64,000 nucleotides of DNA. Origin: Bigelowiella natans CCMP2755. Its lineage: Eukaryota; Protista; Cercozoa. The position numbers and the translations under genes are program-made. Within the stretch, counting starts at the first letter, position 1; each line of letters starts with the position of its first letter. Location: the NCBI GenBank assembly GCA_000320545.1, contig ADNK01001814.1, positions 1-64,000 of the forward strand, read 5' to 3'. Positions 1-14,192 of the stretch are shown in pieces. The notes under the pieces were generated by a model. The model searched no databases. It had not been told where the DNA came from and saw nothing but the letters and a program-made list of their open reading frames with translations.

Positions 1-319
1 CCTGATGTAGAGAGAGAACACATGCACAAAAAGGCGAGCAGCTCATATATGCATATAACCAAAGCTCACATATTCGTAGCCGCAGTTTATTGGGAAAATA
101 TCGAAGAGGCGTGGGATAGACCTCCATCAGCACCGTCACTTCATAATCTTTCAGCCGCACAGGCACCTTTGCGTTCACTCCTACGGATATTATCAGATAT
201 GCTACCCGCAGCAACTAACTACTACAGCGAGCTATATACGCATAGAAAGCGCCAAGACGGTGCGAACGAGGAGAAATATGTCCTCAGTTGAGAGTGTCAA
301 ACATAAAAGTGCATCATGC

Positions 320-454
320 TATCCACCTTTGGAATAATCGAGGACCACACCAGCAAAAACCTACAGCGCGGCATATGAAACTCATACCCCTCTCAAAGAC
401 GATGAAACAGGCATGGTGAAAATACGGATATTACAGAACTATATGTGTATATTT

Positions 455-532
<78 letters not shown>

Positions 533-2391
533 GGACATCTTGAGAGCGTCCGCGAGCAACTTTGACTTCAGGAATACTGTTGGCAGCTATGCGTGCAAGG
601 ACATCATCGCCAACCTACGAGTCGGCGTGTTGTGTGTGTTGGGCGGTGGCAAAACTTATCATGCATCTATTTACTAATCTTGGCAATGGCCACGAAATCG
701 TAATTTCTCCACTGATCCATGGAGGAAGAATTAGCGCGGGCATTACCTCGAAAGGCCTTTCGAATAACTCTCGAGCGTTTATGTCGTATTTAGCCGGGTC
801 GTGGGGACTAGGAAGAGGGGCGTGACAGGGAGCTCGAAGCCTCTCGATTACCTTTCGCAACAACAACAATAACAACATCAGCAGCAACAACAATAACAAC
901 AACAACAAAAACGCATCATGATTCTTGTGCGACAACCAAACTGGACACTTAACCAGCTAATTTCGATCGTAATCAGTTATCTAGGAGGAAGATTGCTGGT
1001 GCCATGGAAGCTGCTGCCGCCACGAGTACAAACCCATATTGTATTCGGCTACCTCACCGCAATCGAAAGATAGATGGGAACTGTGATAGTGATAGGAAGT
1101 GAAGATCATCTCCTTACCTCTTTGGATATGAAGCTTGTGAGCGTCCTCCATCGTTCGTTCCTGGCCTAGGAAAGGAGGCAAGAGCACACATATCGGATGG
1201 CGCGCCATCTTCCTAACCAAGTACTTCGATAGATGCTTCTATTGCGACGAAAGATATATGTTGGACCTACCAGCGTGTTGTTGTCTGCCGTGAGGTCATA
1301 AAGGCCGTTTTCGATCTCAGCCTTTCTTCCCTCATCTCCTATCCCCTCCAGCACCACCTCACTTAGCCTGAGGAGAATTGTATGTAGCACATGTGATGCA
1401 GTTGGAATGTCACAGCTCGTCTACGCAGCGAAGCTGCGCGAAGGCCATTTCATTTATCTGATTGGACAAATGAAGCCGTATTTCTACGCGGGTCAATACC
1501 TTTCTACGTCACTTGTATTGAGAGGTATCAATATCTCGTCGCTCTCGTCAAACTTCCGCGCTGCTATCGTCTATGTGGCAATAAATCATGCATGTTTCCG
1601 TATTATTTGTGCATGGAAATATCCGCGTGTGTGCATGCATCATCATATGTATGTGTGTGCGCGTGTGCGTGCGTGTGTGTGTAAGAAAGAAAGAGACTGA
1701 GAGAGATAGAGAGCAGTCTATATAATAAACATCTTGCCATCGATAAGGCAGCCGTCATGTCATTGACGACTTCCCACGGTTGTCAGCTCACCCTTGCACG
1801 GGGAGCAATCCATAGCCATTCGCCAGCATTTCGGACCATGGGAATACCTAATCCAATGCGACATACTGAAATAACTTTCTGCGATGCTTTCAGAGCCATT
1901 GATGACGAATCACAGGGCACCTGTAGCTTCGCGCTTGGTGCCGTCAACTTTCTGTGCCTTCCTTTTGTCCCGAGGAAGTTCTGCTGGGGCTAGATATAGA
2001 AAGTGAGGACCGGCATCGACGCCCCGAAATCCGGTGAACTTCGGCCCGCTGTTGCGCACGAGCTATACCCGGTTCGATTCGCCATCCGTACCCATGCAAA
2101 ACGACGACCAACTCAGGATTCAGTGATTTTTTCCTTTGCTGATGTGAATGCGTTATATCGTACATACATGTCCTATATACCATATCGAGGCCGACTTCCG
2201 AAGCTGGTGGCAAGTTTAGGCACAATAGAACCGATTGCACGGAGGATTGGTCACCATCAAGCGAACGACCGATATTTGCAATTTGCTTCACTTCGCTGGT
2301 CCACAACAACGCCAAAGCAAAGAGGATGGAAATTATCCATGTCCTTCTGACCCCTCTCCTCGCCGATTTCAACACGATCTGTGATTTCCAT
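320..2391 (-). CDS. Probable multi-exon gene of unknown function (boundaries uncertain)
   Basis: Several minus-strand segments bounded by AG/GT read as plausible protein (TIAARKFDESDEILIPLNTSDVER, LSEVVLEGIGDEGRKAEIENGLYDL, VGDDVLARIAANSIPEVKVARG) and are separated by microsatellite-containing introns. No recognisable domain. Confidence 0.35.
457..528. repeat. Compound (CA)n(TA)n microsatellite, representative of dozens of intronic (CA)n, (TA)n, (GA)n, (GAT)n and (GCT)n tracts in the window
   Basis: Directly visible. Similar tracts occur at 9017-9075, 9828-9895, 10234-10277, 13457-13486, 20077-20156, 38696-38800, 43760-43887 and 52392-52430. Confidence 0.95.
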
Positions 2392-2604
2392 TCGAACCCC
2401 TCAGTTCAAGCGGCGCTGGGGAAGAAAACATCGTACGTCCAAAAGGAAATATGGATTGTGGGACATACGTTCGAACGTCGCATTTGGGTTTCATGCCTTC
2501 CAGAGGAACAGGGGTTGGCTATGTTCGTTTCCACCAGTCAGTCATATACACAAGGACAAACATTAACTTTGGTATTATTGTTGAGAGGTGCTACCTTCTG
2601 CACA

Positions 2605-2657
<53 letters not shown>

Positions 2658-2738
2658 AGACACGGAGAGAGGAGCTTGCCATCTATTTCGGTGTGAGTTG
2701 GGTAAAATTATCTATCGATAAAATCGCGAATTTGATGG

Positions 2739-3960
2739 ATGCGACACAATATTGTCAAATATTTCGACCCTAAATGCCCTAAAAAAATCATAAGATGGAA
2801 TTCCTTCCAACAATTTGTCGGTGATAACGGCTTCCCGCCAGAATTTTATCCCCTCTCCATCGCTAACTGCTTACAGGAGACACTTCCTGGACTTCCAAAC
2901 CCGGACAAAATATATACATATTCTGATTCTCAATGGAGGAGAAGTCCGTCATCGGGCCTGCTAGTATTAAAAACCCATGGGGTGAGGTCTCAGGTAACTT
3001 CCAAACTTATATTTTGTACACATGAACCCACTCCCCATATTTCTTTGAAACTCAAGTCGGCCATTTGATAACACAGACAGGGAAATCTCCTCACAGGAAC
3101 AAGATGATAATGAGCGAATCAATTATTTTAATCATCATGTCGACCTGGGCTTGCTAGAAACGTTGGTTAAGAATGACTTTCCGCAGGTGACATCTTCTCA
3201 TACCATCAAGTGTTTTAGATGAAATTATAAGAGAAAATTCGCATATTTTTTAGGGAGAAGAAGCAGATTCTTTGAACGTAAAGAAATCAGGGAGTGAAGA
3301 GGTAGGGTTATTCGTGAAAGCATGTTATTTTGTGGGAAGCTCATTCTTCGCATCTCTACCGAATGAAGGACGTGTTGGAAATGATGAGAGAAACGCAGAT
3401 TACACAAGAGAAAATTCATCAGGTATGAGGTTAATGCCATTATGATCAAATGCATCTTATATGTTGTCCACTTAAGCGAACCTTATTCTCAGGCAAATCT
3501 CAAATTAGAATTGGACTCATTTGACAGTTCACTGTCAAATTTCACGAAGAAAGAGTCCTTAGGTATTAAATACAATTTACATAAATACGCTTTATGTTCT
3601 TATGAGTGGCTTCATTTCACATCTAACAATAGAGAGTTTCCTTCAAACTGGTAACTGGTTCTTGGAGAAGACACAGAGTTTAGTAAAACATAAGGTCATA
3701 ATAAGTTTACACTTCTCGCCCCTCGAGATCCCATGCGCGTGGTGATGAGAAGATTGCAAATTTTAACTGGACAATATTTTTAGGATATTGTCTGGGATCT
3801 ATTGCATCGTCCAAGTACTTCATTATCACTTACACTGAAGCCAAGTTCCCAACGGTGGCTTCTAGATTCTATTTAGATATTGCTAGGTTTTAGTCGTTTG
3901 ACAACGCTCTTTCTCATTGCTTATTTCTGAACAAAGGAAGCTAAAGGAAGCCTTAGAAAC
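2739..3960 (+). mobile_element. Possible degenerate non-LTR retroelement 3' fragment (RNase H-like traces)
   Basis: Intron-free, AT-rich, broken reading frames with weak RNase H-like pieces (IYTYSD; LKLKS...INYFNHHVD). No RT motif seen. Confidence 0.2.
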
Positions 3961-4559
3961 AACAGCGTTTGAAATGTCACAATTCAAAGAGAGACTCAAG
4001 GCCGTGAATACGACAAAGAATGCAACAGAAAATGCGAGAAATCTGGTAAAGATGAGAAACTATGAATGGTATTAGCATTAACACATATCGCCTATTCCAG
4101 GAGTCCAAAATAGCAAGTATAAAATCCCTACTGTCCGTGTTTGAAAGGTACGTATATTTATAGATATACCAACATTATGGCTTCGAGTCCTATCTTAGCT
4201 CTTTCTTCAATTTTGTCTTCAATATGTATTATATATATATATATATATTTGTATAGAATATGCAATCTATTTAATGTTTCATACTAAGTTCGTTGTATCG
4301 AGAAACGTATATTTAGCTGTTAATCGTATTTTTATGACATGAAATGCGACATAACAAAGTTTGTATTATATATCTGTCTTTTGGGAGACATAGTATCGAT
4401 GGCTTAGCATTTAATTATTTGTTGTGACTGGTTTTGGTACTGGAAGGGAAAAGATCAATCTGGAAAGTATCCGAGAATCTCTTACAACACTTGAAAATCT
4501 TTATTTGGATCCGAATACAATTGCGTCAAAGAATGCGCCGTTAGTACAAAATGTACAGC

Positions 4560-5520
4560 AAACTTAGACAATGTTTGCACACATTAAACTAGCTAAGACA
4601 AAAATACTTATTTTTATGTACATGTGCGCACAAGCTACATGCCTACGCTGGCAAAGTCATGGTCTGACAACAAAGTTGTACATATTGTTTGTGATGTTCC
4701 ATACCTAAGCTATGGACCTAGCGACTGACGACAGCCGAGAGGTTATGTTCGCATTGTTAGACTGCTGCGCGCACAGTGCGCGACATCAACGACATGACAT
4801 TCTAGCATCCTTTTATACTTTGAAATGCATGGATTATGGGATGGATGATCGAAGCATATGACAGCAGAAATTGCCCAACATGCACTAACACGGTGCGTGT
4901 GCATGGTCGTCAGTCGAAAAATGCAATTGAATGCAACATGCTAGCATGGCCAATAACTAGAATAAATGCTAGATGGGCGCGCTATGCTAGCTATGGCCTA
5001 TATATGGCCGCCGTGCATGCATGCACGTAGGCGTCCTGGCTAGATAGCGATAGCTGGCATGTCACTTTTTGAACGCTTCTCAGCCGCAACTATAAATGCA
5101 CGCTAGCATGGTAGCACAATAATATTCTAGTCATGGTCGTACTGTGGACGACAGTCCTTTGACAGCTGCTAGTAGAGCCATAATACAGGCTATATTCGTG
5201 TACAGTATCGTATGCGCGTACGATCTGCGAACATACATGTAGTAGTTAACAACACAGGCATGTTCTATACATACACATGTTCTTAGCTTACATGAACCAT
5301 TCGATGAACATATATCCTAGATCGACTGAGTGCACGAATAGAGCCACAAAGGTTATATTCTTCTCACTCAAATGGGTGGCTTTTTCAAGCAGACACTGGC
5401 AGTTAGAGCTGCGCCCAAGCGTGCGCGCAGCTATCTACACATGGCCTAGCGCATACAATGAATGGTGTACGCATGATTGATGTGTCGTCCATACATCGTA
5501 CGCGTTTATGTCAATGCTAT
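4560..5520. other. Partially TpA-eroded, CTAG/TGCA-rich island
   Basis: Many CTAG, GCATGC and TGCA words downstream of the LPMO-like gene. TA depletion is incomplete compared with the other islands. Confidence 0.5.
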
Positions 5521-5604
5521 GTAAAGTCGGATGATGATTTGCATAATTAACAATCCTGTTATTTTGCCAATCCTTCGATCACATAAACAATTATGAAGAC
5601 CCAC

Positions 5605-7645
5605 TTAAATAGTCGTTATTGGATTTTCCCACTGCGACTCGCCTGTTTGTTCATTGAACCAGTACGCCTTTCCGTTATCATCTTCATGTTTTGTCCATCC
5701 TGATCTTTCTCGATTAGGGGGTGTAACCGAGTGATCCCTATCAACTGAAACCACTGCGTTCTCCGTCATCTTCATCTCCGATGCCTGACGAGAAAAATAA
5801 TGTTTACAATCTGAAATATCATCCTAAATGATCAACGTACCTTGGAGCGGGAGTTTACTCTTTCAGTTCTAATATTGCTAGATGTCGCTGGTAACCCGCA
5901 TTTTGCGAAACAATTGCACCGATACAATACATACAAAGCAACGCCAATTACGAGAAGTGTAAACAAAGTTCCCAATGCTGCATTGGCATCTTTCGCCTTA
6001 GCCAGTTCCTCGCTGTCCTCACTTGATGAGCTTTCGGATCCTGATCCTTGGGCACACGTGTGATGCAGCTTAATAGCATTGGAAATTTCTACAGGCACCA
6101 GTGCTTCTGTTGTTGTCATAATCCAGGACACGCTCGCATCGTAGGAACTCGCAGGTACCAGCCATGCTCGTAGAATATGTGTGGATGAAATCTCTGCTGG
6201 AATTGGCTGGGGTTCATTCAAGGTCACTGTAACTCTACGCATCACCGTTCGGGCTCCAGTGGTGTCAGTCGTTATAGTTCCTCGCCCCACGGAAGTTGTA
6301 CTCCTAAATACACGTGGCAGCAATTATGCATGTTGGCACACGAAAACGATTCTTTTCCAAATACGCAGGGATTAGAAACAAAATCAACGTATACTTCATC
6401 TTTAAATTAAAAAATATCAATCTGATGATCCTCTCCAAACGGATGTATTTTTCCAAGCAATCGATTACCCTTCCCGGTAGATATCCACTCCAATGACACT
6501 GTTGGCCGTCGCAGTGAAAGTAACATCAACCTGGAAACTGCTTCCCTGTGTCCCAACAACTGCAACTGGTGGGCAGATCATCCCAACGAAGTTTGCAGTT
6601 GCAGCGACGGGCTGTGGTGTAGGCGATCCTATTTTTTTGGTTTAGAGTCCGAATTAAAACTTACATTCCTTCGAAAAACAGAGAAGATGAAGACTTAACC
6701 TGGAGCAGGGCCTGGAGCAGGAGCAGGAGCTGGCGCCGGGCCGGTGGAAGCAACTACGTTGACATCGGCGCATGAATTGTAAAATTCACCCGCGTTGAAT
6801 TCCCACCACCACATCATCGTATGGACCCCGGGTGGGGTGTTGGCAGGAAGGATAAACGTATCCTGGCAGTCGGCGTTGTCAACGTTGGCCTGTCTCGGAT
6901 TGCATGCGGAAAAGTCCATCTCGGCTAGCATGGAAGAAGTATATAAATTTCGGAGTGACCTAGGGTTTGGAAATATCACTACCTATTGGAGTGGGAATAA
7001 ATGCATCCGTAGTAGCATCTGCAGTGGGCGAGATAAATACCTAAGCGTGTTAAGGATATTGTAATGATGTTTAGACTATACTCACGTGCTAAATGCGTAC
7101 CTGAACTCCTCGCTGTGTTCCTACAGTGGCATGATTTTTAGCAGGCCAACGCCATCTAACTGTCTGGCCAGCAGTCAGTGTTGCCATGGGATATGTTGCA
7201 TCATATGCGTTGGTGACTGGTGTTGTCCGAGCCTCTTTCCTCTGGTCGCAAACTAGCCCTGCAGGGAAGTCTGTACCAGGTCTACGAAGAGATACTTTTT
7301 ATAAATCGCATAGCTTCATTTCAAGACAAAAGGAAAATCCCGCTTTCAGTCTTATGGATAAATTTGAATTCGGGGAAACGGTAGCATCGCTAATATCACC
7401 TATTGTCTCTTCCGCGGTCTGTTGAGAAGGACTGGCCAGCCATGACATTATACCAGTTACGCGCGTAGCCATTACAGGTTGATGTTGCCTTACCAGTAGG
7501 ATATTTGTCAATGCACACTCCAAAAACTGGAAATCATAAAGCGTAATACCTCATCATAATCGACGCATGCTAGCCACGAGTGGCCCGAACTTCGAAGAAA
7601 GGGAGCGATGAGAAGAAACACAAGCGTCCTCCGGTCCAGCCTCAT
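5605..7645 (-). CDS. Single-pass membrane protein: signal peptide, His1 LPMO-like copper-binding domain, Pro/Ala linker, beta-rich domain, TM helix, cytosolic WW domain
   Basis: Spliced reading: MRLDRRTLVFLLIAPFLRSSG|HSWLACVDY...CNGYAR...YPMATLTAGQTVRWRWPAKNHA...CQDTFILPANTPPGVHTMMWWWEFNAGEFYNSCADVNV...GPAPAPAPAP...LGTLFTLLVIGVALYVLY...GWTKHEDDNGKAYWFNEQTGESQWENP-stop(5605). The introns I placed are GT-AG and keep frame. Confidence 0.85.
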
Positions 7646-8224
7646 GTTGTTTGCTTTTCGTGGGAAAAATAACTCCAGTTACCTAAGAAGGGCCACCTTC
7701 TTGTTAAAGGACCTCGGGATTATCATTTTACAAGCAACCTGGCTTTGTGTTAAAGGCAAGAGCGAAGCTTGGGAAGTGATTTCTCCGAAGGATTAGATAT
7801 GAGGCTTAATGTGGTAAGTAACGGGGCTCGTGCCCATGTTTGGCAAGGCGATTTTAACTATTTCATGACATTTTCATTGTCGCATACTAAATAGAGAATG
7901 TGTTCGATCATTCTCGTTGGAGAGGCTGCGGTTACAACTGCCACACGCGCAACTTTATAGTAAAATGTATGCGATTTTACACTGAAGTTAGCACGAAAAG
8001 TTGTCGCCTACAAATGTAAGGATATTCTGGTGAAAATACCGAAATTAGTCTGGAGCATCGTTCTGATAGCTACTCTTGCGACAAACCGACGATATTGCTT
8101 CGCGCCCTGCACGGGATTCTCATCGCATAAAGCAGATTTTAAAATGCGCGACATCCTAGTCAATTGTCGTATGCAACAATCGCTCGGAGGCAGAGCAATT
8201 TTCAAAATCGTCGGGCTGGGCCTA

Positions 8225-9014
8225 ATGAGGCCCGGCCGTCGGCGATGGCGATGGCGCCCCCCGCCCCTGTCGATCTTAGTCGCCCTTTTCATCACCGTAA
8301 CACTTTCACACAGCAAAGGTACTGCATTTGGCTCTCCGGCCTTGGTTCCAAATCATGGCACAGAGATATCGTAGAGATAATACTGCCTGGCCTATGTTCT
8401 TCTCAGACCGCAAATCACGATCTATCACATCCGGTCCTACGGGTAAACCAAGAACCACGGGCGGTAGAAGACCTGAAAAGGTGGGTAGCAGAAAGGGGAA
8501 AGGCGCCAATTTATCGGACAATAGGAAAAAAATTGTAACAGAAATCGAGAGGTTAAAGAAGAAGCTGCTCGAGTTGGATGAGAAGGAAGGTCAACGAATT
8601 CAATCGAGACCTTTTGTTCAAAATCTGACCACGTATACGCACGTAGGTACAAACAGCAGTAAAAATACTCCAGAGAAAAGAAGATTCATGGTTTGCAATG
8701 GTAGCTCAACAGCCGCCACGGTATAAATATGAAGAATACTATAATTAGAATAGTTTTGAAAAAACTGGGAGAGACATAACGGTTTTCAAACACAATGATG
8801 GAAGTCGACCACCCGATGGGAGATCGTATATCATCTTTCATTGTAACCAATAATCGATAGAAAACAATTATATTTCATCACAGAAAGCTTCCCCGAGAAG
8901 ACCGGAGTCAAAAAAAGCCCCGCAACAGCTGGCCAAAAGCACCACAGCACAGCTTCGATCTCGCAACAAGACCGAGAATACACTCCATAGGTCGACACTT
9001 GGAGAAATATACAG

Positions 9015-9077
<63 letters not shown>

Positions 9078-9826
9078 TAAATCTTCTCCTTGTAGCTCAA
9101 AGCCGTCCCTCCGTATCCAAAGCAAGTTGAAAGCTGAGGCACCGTCAAAGATCGGCGAAGGAAAACCGGAGGAGGCGCTTAAAACAAGAGAGGCCGCAGC
9201 CGTGACTGAGGAATCAACCCATCTTCATGATCTCTTAAGCCAGATGCGAGGCATTGCCGCTGAACAGGATTCCGAGGAGATTGCACGGCCTTCTCGTACC
9301 GCGTCCAGAAAGGAGGGCGTTGACAGCGACGATGAGCTGCTGCAGCTCAACTTTGCAAATAACAAGGCGTTCAATTTCGAACCCCCTCCGAAAAAGAAAG
9401 GGCCCAAGTGAGATATAGGGGAGGGGATTATCGGGTGGATGTTAGTGGGATGGTGGTGTGCGTAAAAAGGACCAATGCGTAGTTGGGAAGAGGGAAGAAA
9501 GAAAGATACCTTCTGAAGTGAATTTATATGCACAATACCTACCGCTACGTTATAGGCGTCTTTGCGTTGATGTCGGTTATTGTTTCAGGAGCGCCTCGCT
9601 CGCCATGGAAGTAAATCCTACCACGGATAACCTCTCGCTTTGGAAGCGAGACAATCGAGTCGTTCCTACTAATACTTCTCAACCGCTGGTGTTTATGATC
9701 ACGAGCATCTTTGGTCACGACATCGAGTTTCATCGGGGGAAAGCCACCAATAAGAATTATAATTACTACAACAACAACAACAACTACAACGACAACAACA
9801 ACAGCTGGAAGGGGCGATACGGGTCC

Positions 9827-9900
<74 letters not shown>

Positions 9901-10232
9901 CACTTTGATCATCATTTGCCTTTTTTTGATATATCCCTGTTCCTAATCTCTTTCATCGTTGTTCCTGCTGTTGTTTCGGCGAATTGTCCACTCCATCGTT
10001 CAGATCCTTCAAAAACAAGCAGCTTGCAGCTCGGGAACGGTCGGAGAGAAGGGATGAATACGTGTTGCGCGTATTCGGCGTCACGGCTGACGGCCTTACT
10101 GTAGGCGCAACGCTTCGATTCTTCAAGCCCTACTTCTACATTCTTATCCCCCCCCAGCTCCAGGACAAATGGAAGGTCACTTCGTAATCTTTGTGGGGCG
10201 GGGAATGCTGGGCGGATATTTACAAAGTCTAA

Positions 10233-10279
<47 letters not shown>

Positions 10280-10640
10280 TTTATAATGCCTGTTTTGGCC
10301 TCCTTTTTGTCCGATCCCCCCCTATCTCCTACCTATGTATACCGGTGACAATATTGCAGGGGGAGGGCATCGAGGAGAGCGACATCCAGGTCCCAAGCGA
10401 TGAACGCATCGAGGATGATGAGGGGCAGCAGCTGAAACCAACGGTATTTGGATCTGAAGGCAATAGTTCAACTCTGGATGGCGTTTATCATCCGCCGACG
10501 AAGAAGACAGAAGGAAAAGACAAATCCTCCCCCTCCTCCTCCTCCCACCCATGGCCGCCAATGGATGTAGAGGATCATACGAGAGACTTTCACAATTGGC
10601 TAAAAGAGGAGCTTGATGACTTGGGGTACTAGTTTCTGAT

Positions 10641-10682
<42 letters not shown>

Positions 10683-12506
10683 ATGGGGGAGGACGTTCAG
10701 ACTGCTTTTTTTGGAGCACGCTACGGACGGCCTTCCTTAGTAGTTTTCCGACACTTTTGATCCCGTATAAGAGCATTCAATTTTGCGTGATTGGCGCGTA
10801 TGTGTGTGTGTGTGTGTTTGCGTGTTCGGCATCATTCTTCGTGCTAGATGGGCCCTAGCTGGCGTGCGGCTTGTCTATCGAAAGAAGTTGTTCCCTTTCA
10901 CAAATCGCCGGCGTTTCAAGTTTCTCAAGCTCAAGTTTCGCTCTGAGTTGGCCTTTCGCCGTGCCAACCAGATACTGTCGCGCGTGGTCCGGATACAGCG
11001 TATTGCAAACTTCCAGCCGATAACATTCGACCTGTACATGCCTCTCCCACAAATTCCATGCTTCATTGTATGCCTGTACCATAAGTACTACCTTGCTGCA
11101 ATGCTGTATATTCTCATTTTCTCAAACGTTTCTCTTCGAGCTGAAGTTTCAATTTTCTGCTTTGGATGCGCGGCAGCGGGTCTTCTTCGTTTTCTCTCTT
11201 TCCTCTTGAAGATTTGTGCGGCCCATCTCCTTTACAAATCCATCGTTTATTTGGTGACGGCGCTGAATTTCGTCGACGTTGTCGTTGTCGTTTATCGTTT
11301 CCATCATCATTATCTTCCCTTACATCTTCTATGGTGTTGTTGTTGTTGTTCTTGTTGTCAGTTATGAGGTCAACGTGAATCCAACCATGCGTTTTACGCA
11401 AGCGGCCGACATTCTCACAGCGGGATGGGTCTCTCTTGGAAACTATGTGGTGCCGTCCGTCCCCCAATCGCGATCACAGATTGATGTAGTCGCGCACTGG
11501 AGGTAGATCGCACAGAATGGGGGGGGGGGGAGGAAAGAGAGGGGAAGTAGAAGCATATTGAATCCCCCCCTCCCCCCCCTCCCTCCTGGAATCTGAGCAT
11601 TTTCTTTCCACCTTACAAAATACCTCATTTCTCTTCTTCCCTGCAGATGTATCCGCAACCACGATGAGCAGCAACAAGGCATTGCCCCCATCGTCGTGGC
11701 CTCCTTCGATATCGAGGTCGAATCCTCGAAAGCGCGCGAGCAGAACTCCAAGGCCTTTCCCAACGCCATCAACGAGCGCGATACCGTCTCGCAGATCGGC
11801 ACGACATTATGGCGCTACGGGACGAAGGACGTCCTGAAGCACGTCGTGACGCTTGCGAGTCCAAAGGACCACAATGTATGCACGCCAGTTGTTTCCCAAA
11901 GAACTCACTGTTTTTTGCAATAGTGTGGGGGGAGAGCGGGTGAGGAGGGTAGACCCAAACATCAACTTTGGGGATGGGGCTTTCGAACAGAGATCAGCAC
12001 TAATCAACCTACCACCTCCGCGGCCTCTTTCCGCCATCGTGCCCCCCCCCACCCCCCTCCCCCCCCTCCTCCCTCCGTCATCGTCGCAGGTGGACCCCGT
12101 CCCTGGCGTTGTGATCGAGGTGGCCAGCAGCGAGCGCGAGCTGCTGCAGAAGTGGGTGGAGTTTGTGCGGGTGACGAATCCGGACGGCTTCACCGGCTAC
12201 AACATCTTCGGCTTCGACTGGAAGTATCTCATGGATCGAGACTGCCCAAATCGCCAGGGCGACGACGGAGAGTACTACGCGGGGCCGAAGGGGAATGCCC
12301 TTCGCCTTCTCAGCCGCCTGCTGTCAGCCAACGCACGGCCGACGCGCTCGCAGCTCAAGTCTTCTGCGTACGGGGTTAACACGTTTGATGTGCTGGATGT
12401 TCCAGGGCGCTTTCAGATCGACCTGCTGCCGTATTTCCGACGGGAGCACAAGCTCGAGTCCTACCGCCTCGACGCGGTTCGCGCCGCGCTGGCGCTGCAT
12501 GATGAC

Positions 12507-12538
<32 letters not shown>

Positions 12539-12752
12539 CGATGATGATTATGGTGAGGGATATAGTTGTTCTCTCGCTCTTTCGCTCTGTTTCCCACTGC
12601 ATCTTACCCCCCCTTCCCCCCTCCGGCTCTGCTATAGGTCGCCGAGCACTTCACCGGCCAGAGGAAGGACGACCTTCCCCCCTCCGAGATCTTTCGCTGC
12701 TTGGGAGGAAACTCAGCAGAAGTTGCCAAGGTGAATGGGAGGCTACACGTAT

Positions 12753-12794
<42 letters not shown>

Positions 12795-13452
12795 GGCATG
12801 CGTAGCAAGCAGTGTGGTACATAGGAGAAAATTCAGTTTTTCTTTTTGGAAGTGAGATGGAGAATAGGCCGGTACGGTCCTTAAGAGGACCAGCCAACAA
12901 CTGCTGCCGCGCTCTTGAAAGAGCTTGTTTCCATATTTTTGTTTTTACTACGACGGCGATTGCATCGTTGGAGAAGAATGATGATGATGATGGTGATGAC
13001 GATGATGATGATAACAGCGATGACGTCAATGATAATTGGTGATGGTGGTAGTGCCAACAGCAAAACGATTAAACTGAAGAAGGCATGGCCAAACTTACCG
13101 ACGACCTTCTCCAACTGCTATTTTCAGGTGGCCAAGTATTGCGCACAGGACTCTGCTTTGGTGATCCAGCTGCTGCGACAGCAGCAAATCATCCCCAACC
13201 TCATCGAGATGGCGAAAGTCACTCGCGTACCAATCGACTGGCTTGTGACGCGTGGGCAGCAGGTCAAGGTTTTCGCGCAAATCCTCCACGAATGCCAGCT
13301 TCAGGTATGCCGCTTTGACCTTCCTGTGAATCTGCCCTTTCCTCCCCTCCCTTCCCTCCTCGTTTTTACCGAGTTATATATTGCTCACAAGCACGCGCGC
13401 ACGCACGCACACACGCACACATGCACACGCGCACACGCGCATACACGCAATA

Positions 13453-13491
<39 letters not shown>

Positions 13492-14158
13492 ACATGTTTT
13501 TCAAATATATTCATCGTGGTCTATAAGCATCGGTTTTAAGTATGGTATGGGCATACACTTATATCAAGGGCTACTGTGTGCCATACTGGTCACGACGGCG
13601 GGATGGAAATGTAAAGGAGGAGAAGTTCATCGGCGCGACTGTTCTCAAGGCCTCCCAGGGCGCGTATATGGAGCGACCTATTGCGGGACTCGACTTCGCT
13701 TCGCTGTACCCGTCAATAATGATTGCGCACAACATCGATTACACCTCCATCGTGCTGAACGATTTGTACCGTGATTTGCCAGGGTAAGAAAGTGTAGGGT
13801 ATATAGGGATTGCGATGACGTGCTTGAATATATATATATATATATATACATATATATATGTATTATTTATGTGTGTGTGTGTGTGTGTGTGTGTACCTAC
13901 AATCGTATGGCGGGGCGTGTGACAAGACGTTATGTTAGAGGACAACTATATACCCAAACAAAAATCTGAAGATATTTTCGATGTCGTCGCTGTTTTCTTT
14001 ATTGACGGTTATTTTATCGTCGTCTCCGAATTCCCATTGATTTCCTTCACATTGGGTGCGTATGAATTTCTAATTTTGCCGCTATTGTTTACTTCTTCTT
14101 CTTCTTCCTCTTCTCTCCCCCCCCCCCCCCCCCCATCATCATTACCATCATCATTAAT

Positions 14159-14192
<34 letters not shown>

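Noticed and set aside
9545-9908. ORFs with poly-LS, CV, HT, YI or RE tracts here and throughout the track
   Set aside because: They are translations of intronic microsatellites.
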